The position numbers and the translations under genes are program-made. This document shows positions 35,401-48,392 of a stretch of DNA of 64,000 bases, piece after piece. Within the stretch, counting starts at the first letter, position 1; the number at the start of each line of letters is the position of its first letter. The notes below the pieces were generated by a model that worked only from the letters and a program-made list of their open reading frames with translations, made no database searches and was not told the origin of the DNA. The stretch comes from Zygnema circumcarinatum SAG 698-1b (lineage: Eukaryota > Plantae > Zygnematophyceae), in contig CM074804.1 in the NCBI GenBank assembly GCA_037447605.1, positions 7,541,909-7,605,908 on the forward strand, written 5' to 3'.

Positions 35401-37976
35401 AAGAGAGACTGTGTTCGACCCTGCGCACAAACTTTAGGGTACCCTAAAAACCCTAAAAGCCCAGCCTATGGTTGTATGATGTACAATTCTCCGATCACAA
35501 AACTGGCATCTCCAAACATACATGGTTTGACCAGACAAGGGAAATCTCGTGGAGATGTGTGAGCATCAATGCATAAAAACAAGAAAACACAATGATTAAA
35601 AAATATATTCCTCAAAATTTAACACAATGCTGCATCAAACCCAGTCCTCCAATAAAGCGCAATAGCTCAGGTAATAGACAACTTGTAAACAAACGATTAG
35701 GCTTCGTTCTAAAACCCTTCGTGTGATCGTTTCCGAAAGATGACTAGCTGACAATTGGTTACTTTGGCAGAACTAATGTGCCAGTCAGTGCTAATATTGT
35801 CCCCAGGACACGGCAAGTGGCAGTTCGTCCATTCGGGGAATGTATTCAAAATTTTTGGCGTGTGCTGTGGAGAAGGTCCTTCTCTAGAATTCCCTTTAAT
35901 GACATGACGTTCCAAAGTGGACGATCTCAATGGCATCAGCCAGTTGAGCATGCTATTTGTGTCATGAAAGACCTCGCCCATATACTCATACCAATGCCAA
36001 GGAGTCGAAATGGTACAAACGGATAAATAAATTCCTAACCTCTAAGGCCACCCAAGAATAAGCTTACCATACATCAGAAGCTGTTTTCCCGCAGCAGCTT
36101 TCATAGAAAAATCACCTGCAGTTTCTTACCGCCATAGTCATGTCCTCTCGAGACACACTTCTGCATGTTATCGAGGTCGACAGGGCCTACTTTATTGACA
36201 AAGTAACCAAATCCAATTCGGCGGGCCGGGTCTCTAACTTTCACTGACCCCCTGGAAAACATGCAGCTAGGATGCATAGCTGGGAGAGTCCGACTGACCT
36301 TAGATGCCACCAACACGTAGGGTGGAGAAACCACTAGGCCATCCGCCTCTTTAGCTCGCTCCCAAAGTATCACATGCTGGTCCGATATTGAAGATAGATC
36401 TACTCCTTGCAAGTAGGTCAGGTTGGAGCCGTGCGTCTTAACAATGTAGTCTGGTCTAGGAGGACTGGGTTTCTGTAGGAAGCAATCATAATGGCAACTG
36501 AGAGGAGGTCAGCTGCTGAACATAAGAAAACGAAAGTTTGTCGATGAGCATTGATCCATCACAGACAATCAAGGCCACATGGGAGCAGAGATTCAGTAAC
36601 AAAGTCAGACCCGTGTATGCCAATCGATGATTGTCAATCCCATGCACTCCTCAAATTCTCGACGGAGATGATGGGGCACAAAGGCGCCGAAGCCCATTCG
36701 GAGAACCATGGGCCGTGCATGAAGAGTTTCTTCCAGATACTCCGCAACTGTTGCCTGCATAGAGATGCAGCAGTCCACCAGAAGTCGAGCCATTTTTACC
36801 AAGTTTGTTCTAATCCCCTGAGCATGTATGAACAGCACTCCTAACTGAGAAAATACCATTTTCTTTGACAGATAATGCTCCCTGTAGCTAAGCTGACGAC
36901 AATTTCTCCCAAGAACTCCTTCAGACTTCACTCTCTACGACTGCTTAGATTCCTGAACAGCCTTCCTGTAGATCCTATACTGACCTCTTCCACTCGCGGC
37001 ACAATGTGTAGTTGACAAGGAGGGGTTCCTGGAGCAAACACTGGAAATCGTGCAGGGGGGTTTTCGTAGGCACTGCGATTTAAAGTGACAATAAGTGCCT
37101 GCCACGCAACAGGCATGCCCGACACACACATCGACAGCACCGCTCACTGTCAGGAACATAGGTATCTCCCATTCCGTATACTTTGCACAAACTGCTGCTT
37201 GAACTTGTTGATCGATATGCCTACTGTGATTGAGATTATAATGCTGACACCTTTAGTACACGCTAGGATTGCAACACATGGTGCATCGAGCCCCTACTGC
37301 AAGCCGTCTTCAAGAAGCTATGGCCGTCCTGATAGAGCAAACAGTAAACAGTTCCTCATAAAGTGCGCTTATGAGACAGCAGGAGACCTCAACCTCCCTA
37401 AGGTCCTTAAGATGAGACAAGAATCACTATATAATGATAATTAGAGATTTAACACTAATGGCTAACATGCTACCTACACCGATCTCTCAAACACAATGCC
37501 CAACAAAATCTTCAATTTTAGCGTTAGCATGCAAGTGGAAACAGATAAAAGGGAACCTTCGGAAACCGAGAGTGCAGAATCGGGTCAGTGCAACTGCTAC
37601 TTTGACTTGCTTTTTCTCGGTCAACAGCTACATACGTTGAAGCAAGCGTGTTGCTCCTTATGGAATACGGCCAACAAACCTAGAAGGCAAAGAACCAGGT
37701 TTCAGATACAGCAGGAGTCACATTCACCTGGAACGTCTGCACATGGTTAGTGTTTTTTTTGAACAGGCCCGCCATTATTCGAGTACGATCGGTGCAAATC
37801 GTCTCCAACTGCAAACGGAGGAAGACTTTCGTTAAGAGTCTCCAATGAGATAAGCACTCTTCAAGTGAAGCTAATGTGTAGCCTCGAGATATTATCCGCC
37901 GGCATGAAATGAAGCAAATAATCCCACATGAAAGAACAATGGTGGCAAAATCAATGCTTGTATCCCCTATTGCCAT
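29441..37976 (-). CDS. CHASE-domain hybrid histidine kinase (cytokinin-receptor-like), paralog B, with His-to-Gln in the H-box (candidate pseudo-HK)
   Basis: Order: TM (FATIVLSCGIICFI); LETICTDRTRIMAGLFKKNTNHV; EETLHARPMVLRMG; LGDKGRIHEVRCRY plus TM2; KSTFLAAMTQEVRAPMRG; LINDVLDYAMIESG; N-box [14 protein letters not shown]; VEDTGIGIP; GVGVGLSL; receiver-like domain; receiver CFLVDLDLLDVDG...MKPL. All exons examined keep frame. An additional upstream exon is possible. Confidence 0.9.
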
Positions 37977-38299
37977 CTAGTGAGCCGCACCACTGCTTTT
38001 GGCATTGCAATGCAACTTCTGAGACGCATACGTAGGGCTTCATTTTGCCGTAGAGCCGAAGCCTACTAATATGCTCAAAATTAAAGCGATAGGCTGGCTT
38101 ATAATATTTTGAGGAATGGAATAGTCACTGAAGATAACCGGCCTAGTCAACTTTTCATATTCTAGCGCTTCAATATACTTTCGTTTCTCATTGAGCTGCA
38201 GAGTTTTTCGAGGTTCATCTATATTCCTATGCATGAAGCTAGCAACGGAAATGCACAGCGAATAACCGCAATCTCAAGGACGTCCAGTCACACTGAGTG

Positions 38300-39850
38300 T
38301 GGTTGAATAACAACCTGCAGAACATGGTAAATCCCTAAAACAGGTGAAAAAAGTGGATTTTTACATGCAATCTCCTCTCTTCGCCGTAGCTGCTGCGGGC
38401 CCAAAGGAATACATGAACCGAGACTGCAAGTCCGAGCATGTAACAAAAGGGAAGGAACGTTTTCTGAAATGCAGCTCCTCTTAAAGCAATATTTCCATGC
38501 AGAAACCCCCCTTCAACGAAACTCTTGACACCGCCACGCTTCTTTTCCATGGTAGGCCCGCATCCATTCTTCGGCTGAAAGCCAATCTGTTTGGCAGGGA
38601 GGGGGCCAGTCACGCTGCTCCGAGGAGGCTCTTCACGGGAGAGAGCTTCAGCTAAACCCGCTGTGTGGCGTCTTTTCAGGGTAGGGCGGGAAGGAGGGGA
38701 GGCGGGCCGCCGCCAGGCTGCAGCCATGGCTCCCCAAAGCCTTGCCTTCGTCCTCCTCCCAGCGAGAGAGAGTGAGAGAGCGAGAGAGAGGGGCAGACTA
38801 CTGCCTTCAACCTTTCAGAGCTTTTACGGGCAGCAAGAAAACATTCAATCCCAAATCATGATGACACGTCACGTTCATCCGCCAATTAGATCACGATTTT
38901 CGCTTCGGTCAGCTCAACAAACGGTCAGATCTTGCAAAAAGTTCACGCCCGCCCAAAAGAGTACGGCCCATTGTACGGCACTCGCAACAAAAACAAAACG
39001 ACAAAAGTCGATAACCGCCGGCCCCCTTCGCGCCACGTGGCGCCATAGCAGCAGGTGATGCTTGAGGGCGCCACGTGGCAGCCGCTGGAGGCCGATCTTA
39101 CAAGATGTACGGACGGCTTCGGTGCCCTCAGCGCACTTGCCTGTGGGCCCCACGCCACGCTCGCGCGCAGTCCCTTCACACGTGCGAACCGACAACTGGC
39201 TTTCAAAAAGTGCAAAGAGCAAAAAGCGCTGCAGGAAAAAGCCGCGCGCTTTCCCCACACGTGCACGTGGAGATCGCGGGCTGGGACACGTGGCGGCAGT
39301 GACGTGCGCCACCGACACCAGAACGCGGAGGTGCGCGCCACGTGGCCGCGCCGCGGTTAGGTCGCACGTGTGGAGAGTCCCTGATTGGCGCAGGCGGTGA
39401 CACGTGGTGGAGAGATGGGAACCGTTGGCAGATGACATGGAAAGGACGGGTCCTTTTCCATCGAGTCGCTGTTCTCCAATGCCTGGTCACCACGTGTCCG
39501 AAGTGTTTAGGTGGCGCTTCTCCATTGGGCGATGACCAACTCTTGTTCGCTCGCACGGGGAAATCTCCAGGGCGTGTGGCGAGCAGGGGAGGGCAGGCAA
39601 GGGAGGGAACGGGAAGAGATCCCTTGGAGGAGACGCTTCCCTGCTGCTGCAGATTAGGGTTTGGAGGCGGCCCAAGGGTCAAGTGCCGGCCGACAAGAAC
39701 TTCAAGGCGCAAAGGGTGCGCTGATAGCCGTTATCCTATTACAAGGAGGCGCGGTGGAGCTCGTGGCGCAAGGCTTCGCGGAGGATTTGTTTGCATGGTC
39801 GTATTATCAGAGAAAACTTGCGTTTCCTGAAGAGTGAAGTGTTTGTTGGC
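38300..39850. promoter_or_regulatory. CpG-rich region between the divergent CHASE kinase genes (putative bidirectional promoter), with 10 CACGTG G-boxes
   Basis: The two genes diverge from this region. CACGTG starts at 39034, 39072, 39179, 39258, 39264, 39287, 39339, 39365, 39401 and 39491. Confidence 0.7.
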
Positions 39851-39951
39851 AGAAATCTGCAGCAAGGGCATGCTGCTTTAGACTGCATTACCTTTTGCGG
39901 AGAGCTTCATTGTACGCAGAGCGTTTCAGACGGAGAAGGGAAGCATATAGG

Positions 39952-42900
39952 ATGCAAAAGGGGCCGACGACGGGGGGATATGGAGGTATGTCACCAAATG
40001 ATCGTGAAGGAAGTCGACGAGTTGTCACGAGTGCTCAGAATGGACCGCTGCACAAGGCAGGGTCGCTGCAAAGTTTTCCAATGTCACCTCGTGCAACATC
40101 TGGACAGTCATCCAGCAACGAACGGAAATCAAGGCGAATGTTACTGGAATGGCGCTCCTGGAAGATTATGCTTATATTACTCTGGCATTTTACAGGCATC
40201 GTTCTTTCTTTCAGTGTATTTAATGCTTCCTGGAAAAAATTTCAGCAGCCAAGACAGGCACAGGTTTGCGTCCATCCCTTTCATGTCTTCCGAAACATTC
40301 TGCCCCCGTGCGCCACATCTCAATGTGAAAATATGCAGCTAATTTGTTAGTGCAATTCTCTACAACCCCCATCTGGACGCCTTAGGTTGGCACCAAGGAA
40401 ACTGCGTTTTCCTATAGAATGCATTAACGAAGTGTGGAATCATGTTGGACTAAATTTGCGTCAAGAGCCCTCAAGGATTTCATGCTGACGATTGCTCACG
40501 GTTTTCATGCTAGCAACCCTGACTTTTTGTACTTTTGCAAGTGGAATTTTTTTCTGCAAAAGCAATCATTGTGTCGCGTTGTATACTTGGACACATTCCA
40601 GGCCAACTTTATACTGTCATAATAGTTGCTCTCACAGAGATCAATTTTGTCGGATTCAATAACCTACATGCTGGAATAAAGGTTGCCTACGTAAACCGGA
40701 AGATCATTATTATCAGTAATTTTTCAAAATGTAGCTGCATCAATAGAGAATAACTAGACGCTTGTGCGCCTGAAAAATGAGTTTTCTGTTTTCATGACCT
40801 CTTCCAATACTCAGAATCTCGATCGTTACGTATGCAATCGTTGTGCCAGTTGTTTGATCATTTCCATTATTGTGGATCTTAATGCCATTTGTCAGAGCAA
40901 ACGGTGTTTTAACCAGAAATAAATCAACAGTAGATTGCATTTGAACGTTGTTTTCGTGATAACTGCTGAGATTGCAAAGCAGGTTACACGGTTTAAATAA
41001 GGGATCCAAAGAAAGACTTTGAGTCAGAAGTGCAAAGCTTGCTGGTGATTCTCGAATTATTCCAATGCTTCCGGCAAGTATGGCGTCAAATACTTGAGAG
41101 TCTTTCCTTTAGTCAATGAAGTAGACATCTTGTCGAATAGTTTCCCGATTTTTCGCATGTTTACTGAATGTATAACATGTAAAAATAGAGAGGAGACTGA
41201 TTCTGTGTTCACTATGATATCAAGTCTGAGGAAGAAGCATCGTATTTAGGGAACAGGCGAAAAGCTGTAACCATGAACGGAATAACAAACTGTACACGCA
41301 GGGTCTCTCAGATGATTACATTATGCACCCTTGATAGAGCACCTCCTCAGTAGAGAGGGCCACCTCCTTCATTTCAACTTTTTTCTGGTCACTTGCATGG
41401 GACGGGCGATGAACTGAAGCCCTAGAAAGTTGCTGCAATGATTCAGTGACACGCTTGTTTCCTTCTTTATCTGCTTTTCACATCAATGAATGATGATCTG
41501 ACATGGTATTGATATCACGCTGATTTTAATTTGTTTGCTTTACCAGTTGATGATGATGTGCTCAGATCGGGGGCGAATAATCAATGGCATGTTTTTGTCG
41601 AACGCAAACCACGTTAAGTCAATCAAGGTAACTCCCCTCGACTGCTTGGGTTTTCTTTAGTTACGATGGAGAACGGCATCTTTAATCAAGTAATGAACGT
41701 GACGAAGTTGGTTTGGCATCTTGCTTATTTTGGACGGTATCAAATCAATCAGAGAGAAAACATATTTCAGAGAAGCCACCTTACACATGCCAATTGCAAA
41801 CAATCTCATGCCTGCCGGAGAGTCTCGGCAGTTTTGGTGCCCCACTATGATGATTCGGCAAGGACTGGATTGCAGGCATTTTTTGCAACTGTGAATAGGA
41901 CAAACTATGAATATCCCCCGCTTCAGCCGCTCACATTCGGAGACAATCTACCAGTATGTGACGGCACATATATTCCTCGAATCGACCAGGTATGGTCGAT
42001 CTAATGCTGTCGTCTTCATTGCGAATGTTCAGGAAAGTTGGTTAAAATTCCGTATAGCACTGCAAAGCCTAGCCGGTTTTGTGGGTTTAACACGTCTATC
42101 CTTAACATGGGTTGGAGGAAATCGGGCTTCTTGACACATGTTGGAATTAGTGTGCGTCAATAAATCCGCACTGCTTAGTTTAAGCCAGATGTTAGTTGGA
42201 AACATTCTAATTTTAGGATGCTTCGCCAATGACAGAACGTAGTAGATGAGCATTTATTGGCGACGGCCTTTGCACGGCCATTGGTGGATCGAATCGCGTA
42301 TTGCGTGAGAATACCTCACGCTTTTCGGAGCAAATTTGAGGAGTGCACTGGCCAGGAGATTATTGACTGGCATTCTCGAGTGCGTTTTCCATCATGCTAC
42401 TTTTTTTTCTTTACAGTTATTTGGAGTGCGATGAATGCATACATTTCCAACAAATTTCGTTTGTAATAAGAGTAGTCAGAATTTTTGCTGGCAGATGCTT
42501 GCACCAACTTCATACAGCTGGCAAACGTTTCTTGTTTTCGTACTCCTCGAGGGAGAAAGACTATACCCGAAGTCAATCTTAGCTGGATTGTTCAACCTTG
42601 TTGCAGGTACGACGATGTGATATGCGAGAGTATGTTGTAAAGACGCATTGTCCAAATGTGTCTTATCTGAACCAAATGGATGTCCTATCCATATCCGACT
42701 TTCACATACAGATGCTAGAAAGGGCTAAGGTAGCTGACGGAACAGGACCAACACTCTCTCCCCCGTTTCCTCTTGTTGCGATTGATGTGAGTTTTACTTC
42801 ACCATCATTCCTCACCACAACGCAGCCTATCCTTTTGTACCGTAGGCCGTACCTCGTGCCATTTCTCCACGATAATGACATGAATGCCACTGATGACGGC

Positions 42901-45900
42901 GACCTCACGCAGACTGGACTGACTAACTAAACTTTCATTTCTTTGTCGCAGAGAGTGGGCCTGGGTATGGCGTTTCCAATCAGACCTGCTGCTCTTGGGC
43001 CCAGTGCCACTGCTGATGAGAGGGCGGATGCGACGACTGGTTATCTAGTAGCGACTGTCGATTTCGAAACCTCAGTGGAAGAAGTGGTCAAGTGCGGCTT
43101 CTTCCCTGCATTGCGTGCACCTGCTGATGGCGTCACTGATGACGAGTAAAATTGAACAAGGGCTTCTCAATTGTTTGTAGGTGAAGGTCAAGCGACTTTA
43201 ATTCTGCTTGGCATTTGACTAAAGCTTTCCTTGTCGATGGGTTTCAGCAACTTACTCAAATGCTCAGACGATATGGAACGACTTGTTATGCGGCTGGATG
43301 ATGTAACGGATCCAAATCAGCCAATCCCCTTATACGAGCCTGATGATGGAACAAGGATCGAACAGAAATATGTTCCTCCACCTGAACTTATTGCTTCACA
43401 AGAGTCAAATTTGAAAACAATAGCTTGGGCAAAGGTTGATAAAGATGTCCTTGATTCCCCCGAATGGTTTGTGTACAAACTGGACTTTGGTGATCCGGAG
43501 CGGGTGCACGAGTTGCGATGCCGCTATGAATGGGAGATAATGTTCCCTCAAATGGCGGTCGTTCCTGCAGTGGGCACGCTGCTGATCTGGTGGCTTTTGT
43601 TACAGGTGAGCTTCTAGGAAGGATTTTAGGTTCCTTTATCTCAATCATAGCCTCTTGATAGACTACTGGTGGGTGGCCTTCTTTCACTCGCGAAGATCGG
43701 TTGTTTATGCAAAACTCAGCTTTTTTTCGTTTTCTCAGCCTAAATGTGAATCTAGAGGAAGGCTTCATTCACGTTAGGATGTTTGGCTGTAACGTGGCTG
43801 ATGTTTTGCAAAAGGACTTAATTTTAAAAGTTTTATGCCTTTCCTCGGGGAATAGATCATTTGGGGTGCTATACAACGATTTGAGCATATGAAGAGGGAC
43901 TTCATTCGAATGGCCACACTTAAGCAAGCAGCTGAGGCTGGGAATGTGGCAAAGTCGGCATTTTTAGCAACCATGACGCATGAGATCCGCACGCCAATGA
44001 ATGGTATGCAATGTCACTCGGAATCTCGTTTTCGTATTATGGTTGAATAGTACGACGTGCTTGATTTGAAGTTGCTCTTTTGCTTCTCATCCGTCTGCTT
44101 TTGAGTAAATGAAGGCACTCCGGAAGGTACTCCGGCCCAAGCTATACATGCATCGATTTTCTTCAGTTACTAGTCGGTTGAAGGTCATTACTGCACGTTA
44201 TTCTTATGCTGCTTACCGCGATTCTGCAGGAATGATGGGAATGATCAACCTCTTGCTTAAAACTGCTTTGGACCCCCTTCAGTTAGACTATGTGAAAACA
44301 GCTGAGGCCAGCGGAAAAGCGCTCGTTCATCTAATCAACGATGTGCTGGATTTTTCAAAGATTGAGTCTGGCAATCTTGAGATGGAGAGCATGTCTTTCA
44401 ATATTCGCAGCCTCGTTGACGAGGTCCTCAGGTAAGTTTGGAGTCCAAATTTTGGACTGCGAACGCGGAAGGAGTCATGTTGATTGCAACCTTTCCTTCT
44501 GGCTTGGAGCTGACATTGCTAACACAAGACTCTATGCATTTTTAGGCAGATAACATCTGATGATTAAAGAACTTGACTGTAACCTGCTTGGCAACAATAT
44601 GACATCCTGGGAGTCTTGAAGTCTGTTGAGCTTAGCATGTGCTTTGCAACCATGGGTGTTATGAAGCCATCCTGACGCAGTCCTGGCTGCAGTGTACTGC
44701 TCCCTCAGGTGGAGGAGAAGAGGGGAAAGTTAGAAGTGGCTGCACTCGTTCACGAGTCAGTGCCAATGACGCTCATTGGAGACCCCGTGCGCCTTTCCCA
44801 GGTAGGCCTGTCGTTGGTTGCCTCAAATTCGAGTTGGGCAGATTTATCCCGAACGCGAACAAGGAGTGTAAAATGGACCCACTTAGAGAAAGAAGGCAAG
44901 AGGCCTTTAAGGGAAAATGTGTGCATTTTCTGTTGATCTAGAGTAATCTGCCTGAGAAAACGTCCCATGTTGACTATCTTCGTGCCCAGGTGCTCGTTAA
45001 CTTGGTTGGGAATGCCCTTAAGTTCACGGAAACTGGACACGTCTTCATTACTGTGAGGCTGAACTATAAACCGGTCAAAGAGGGCTATAGGAAGACACCG
45101 AGATCACGTACTAGCTTCGAGAGTTTTTCATCTTCAAACCGCAGTACAACGCCTTCCCCTCCTCGGAGTCCGCTGAGGTCAGGCAACAGTTCAGACTCGC
45201 TCAATGAGCGTCCTGGCCCATTACCATGGGTCGCTTGGGAAGAAGGGGAGTTTCAAACGCTGAGTGGTCGCGAGACAGTTGATAAAAGCTGCAGCTGGGA
45301 AAGCATTTTGAAAGCTTTGGAGGAGGATGAGCGATACTTGGCGGAAAGAGCAGCCGTGGACACAGAAGGTTCGAAAGGGCTTGTACCCGTACGAAGACGA
45401 GTGAAACTAATCTTCCAGGTGGTTACTCGGCTTACTGTTGTTGTGTGAAATTTACCTTGCTGTGAGGTGTGTTAATAGCTTGCCAACTTGTTCACTTGCA
45501 CGGAGACAAACACATTTGTGACTATTTACTTACGAGTCACCGCGCTCAGCCAATTGCCTCTCCTTTGGAGTGAACCTTTCCTCCTGCATTGCCGGATTGT
45601 CAGGTGGAGGACACCGGGATGGGTATCCCGTTGGCTTTGAGGGATCGCATATTTGAGCCATTTGCTAAGCTGGACAGGAGGAAGAAAGTCATCAAGAATT
45701 CAGGAACAGGAATCGGAATCTGTTTGTCCAAAAGGTACTACGTATGTGACGCTTGCATACTGACTTAGCGAATTTAGGAAACGCTGCAGCCCTTCGTGCT
45801 GATATCCAATGCAGCGCCTCACAGCTCGTCTGGGTGGAATTTGTATTATTCTCAATGCGAAGTTTTTTAGTGATAGTGTTCTTGAAATCGTAACTTATTG

Positions 45901-48392
45901 CAGACCATTTGGTTCCTGTGCTTGAAGGTTGATCAACCTCATGGATGGAAACATCGACTTTGTAAGCAAGGTAGGAGTGGGCACTACCTTCACGTTTGAT
46001 CTGAAACTGGACTTATTGGAAAAGACAAACAACAGCACTATGATGAGCCCTCGGCGCTGGGCATGGGAACCTGTTGGGCTGAGCAAACTACGAGAAAAAC
46101 GGGCCTTGGTGGTGGATGGACGCCAAATCAGGCAACAGGTATGTTTGAGCTTTAATTTTCTTCGATTGTTAGCTAATTTCTTTTCATTCAGTGCATTCCA
46201 AACTGTCCAATTCATTTACACCCCCTAGTTCATTGCTTGGTCCAGGTATTAGCGACCTACCTACGCCGCTTGGGAATAACAGTCGAACTTGCAGACAACA
46301 TCTATAGCGCTGCGTTGGCCATTCAGGAATGTGCTCTCCAACGTCTGCAACCTAGTGAAGGGCATGGGGATCCATTTTCACTTATAACGGACAAGGAGTC
46401 ACCAGATCAATCAAGTGATGGATGGGATGTAGTGCTGGTGGATGCTGAACCGGGAGGACCCGACAGTGGTCTAGAACTGGGAAGATTGCTCCTCAAATCA
46501 AAGGAAGTGCAGCAGGCTTTGCAGAAAAACGTTTGTCTGCCAAAGCTAGTCCTTGTAACGTGGAGGTAGGTGATCACTTTTCTTTGACACATAAGTAGAG
46601 CTTTCTTCTATTTTTTCTGTTCTTTCTTCTGTTCTTTTGCTTCTGTTCTGTTTGTTTTTTCTTCTGTTTTTTTTTTGGTTGACTTTAGGTTCCTTACCTA
46701 CTTGGAGCCAATAGGGGGTCAAGGCTCGATTGTTGGCAGTGATGGTTTAGCAGAGTTTGGCAAAGGCTCGCTTGCAAGAGATGGATGGCTAGAACTGCAG
46801 GTGTATAATCTACAAACAGAGTCCCTATGGATAATTCTTGCAACTGTGGTAGAATTTCGACATGTGTGGTGGCAAGTCTCTTTCTGGGCTGCCTATGTAG
46901 TAGATCGATTCTGCTCGCATGCAGTAACTTCCCCGAATTGTTGCCTGGAGACTTGTGACCTTTTGAGGAGTATTGTGAACATATTTTGGTGCAGTTTGGA
47001 TGAGCAGCAAAGAACGGAGGCGGAGCAGTTGGGGTTTTCTGGATGGCTGTTGAAACCAGTACGCTCCTCGGTACTGATATCGTGTCTGCAACAAGTTTTT
47101 GGCCTCTCCACCAGAAAACAAGTAGCTGGCCAGGCACCACTTGTATCAAAGGAGCTGCAAATGCTTGCTGAAGTCCTGAAAGAGAAGAGAATCCTTGTGA
47201 GTGGAACTACCGTGTCTTTGCTTCCCCTTTGTTTAAGCAGACCCTGTAGGAGACTTGAAATTTCTGTGACCGACATGCAGAAAAACAGCTGTGGGTTTCG
47301 CGGAATATCACAGTATTCCAACTGTCAGATCGCATGTTCTCCCTTGTGCTAGGTGAATTATCTCCCTCAAAAAAAATAGGATGCTTGTATTAAGCTGCCG
47401 ATGATGTCTAATTTGCGAGCTATGAAACTCTTTAACTTTTGGCTGCCCGTTGTTGCAGGTTGTAGACGACAGCCCAGTAAACCGCAAGGTTGCATCAGCA
47501 ACAATGTTGAAGTATGGCGCGGCGGCAGTAGTGTGTGTCAACGGCGGAGTGGAGGCAGTGCGGAAAATGCGCTCGCCTCATTCATTCGATTGCGTCCTTA
47601 TGGATCTCCAAATGCCGGACATGGACGGGTGCGTTCCCGATTATACTTTGAGTTAGCCTGCAGCATAGGGGTCATGGAATGGAATGCATTGCATTGCCAT
47701 TGCAAGATATGCCACAAGTGCAGCCTGCACTTCATTAAACTGCGATTACCGGCAAGTCTAGAGCGTGAGATGCAATAACAGACTTAAGGACATCGAGCAT
47801 AGACTTGGCTGTTTCCTTGCAATCTTTATGTCGTTAGATTTTTCTGGATTGCGTTGTCCTGGTTAAGAATATGTGTCTTGCTCGGGATAAAGTTGAGTCT
47901 GGGTTTTGGCGGCCGGCTGGGCGATTGTGAAGGTTTTCTTCAAGTCAACCACCTTTGAGCCTGGAAAGTGGCATTACTAGTGAGGAGCTAACAAACGAGC
48001 TGTCCATAGAAACTTGTACAAAAGGCCCACTGTCTAAACTATGTTCTGGCTAATGGCCACCTAATGGTTTGCTGTTACACAGGTTTGAAGCCACACGAAA
48101 GATTCGAAGTATGGAGAGAGAATACAATGAGGCACACGGAACCTCCAACCACGTTCCAATATTGACGCTTACTGCAGAAGTGTTGAAGGGGTCCCGATTG
48201 GAGTCAGAGAGGGCGGGGATGGACGCCTTCATCACAAAGCCACTGGAAGAGGAAGCCCTCGTCGCCACCCTTTTGAGCGTTTTCAGCAAGAGGGGACAGG
48301 GCAAGGCCGTCACACCACAATTCGACGCTCCTTCATCATCGAAGCAGGAAAATCCCTCTCTTCGGAATTGGCTAAGGAATGGCAGGATGTAG
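39952..48392 (+). CDS. CHASE-domain hybrid histidine kinase (cytokinin-receptor-like), paralog A, catalytically canonical
   Basis: Exons include 39952-40263 ([21 protein letters not shown]), 41547-41627 ([20 protein letters not shown]), 41876-41989, 42236-42379 ([13 protein letters not shown]), 42607-42786, 42952-43091, 43248-43605 ([16 protein letters not shown] plus TM2) and 43856-44003 ([18 protein letters not shown]). Downstream motifs: [42 protein letters not shown], and receiver VVDDS...[13 protein letters not shown]...FITKPL. The start codon is tentative because the frame is open from 39838. Confidence 0.93.

Noticed and set aside
36105-36260. Intronic in-frame stretch in paralog B (RRIGFGYFVNKVGP...LQ plus a GT donor) that looks like a duplicated CHASE exon
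   Set aside because: The available acceptors are in the wrong phase for the upstream phase-0 donor, and the true homologous exon (DQKMGVGVAFP) is at about 35185-35050. Cannot be supported without transcripts.
38040-38234. 64-aa ORF upstream of kinase paralog B
   Set aside because: It ends in a stop before the paralog B ATG and shows no homology. It could be a uORF or 5' UTR, but there is no evidence for either.
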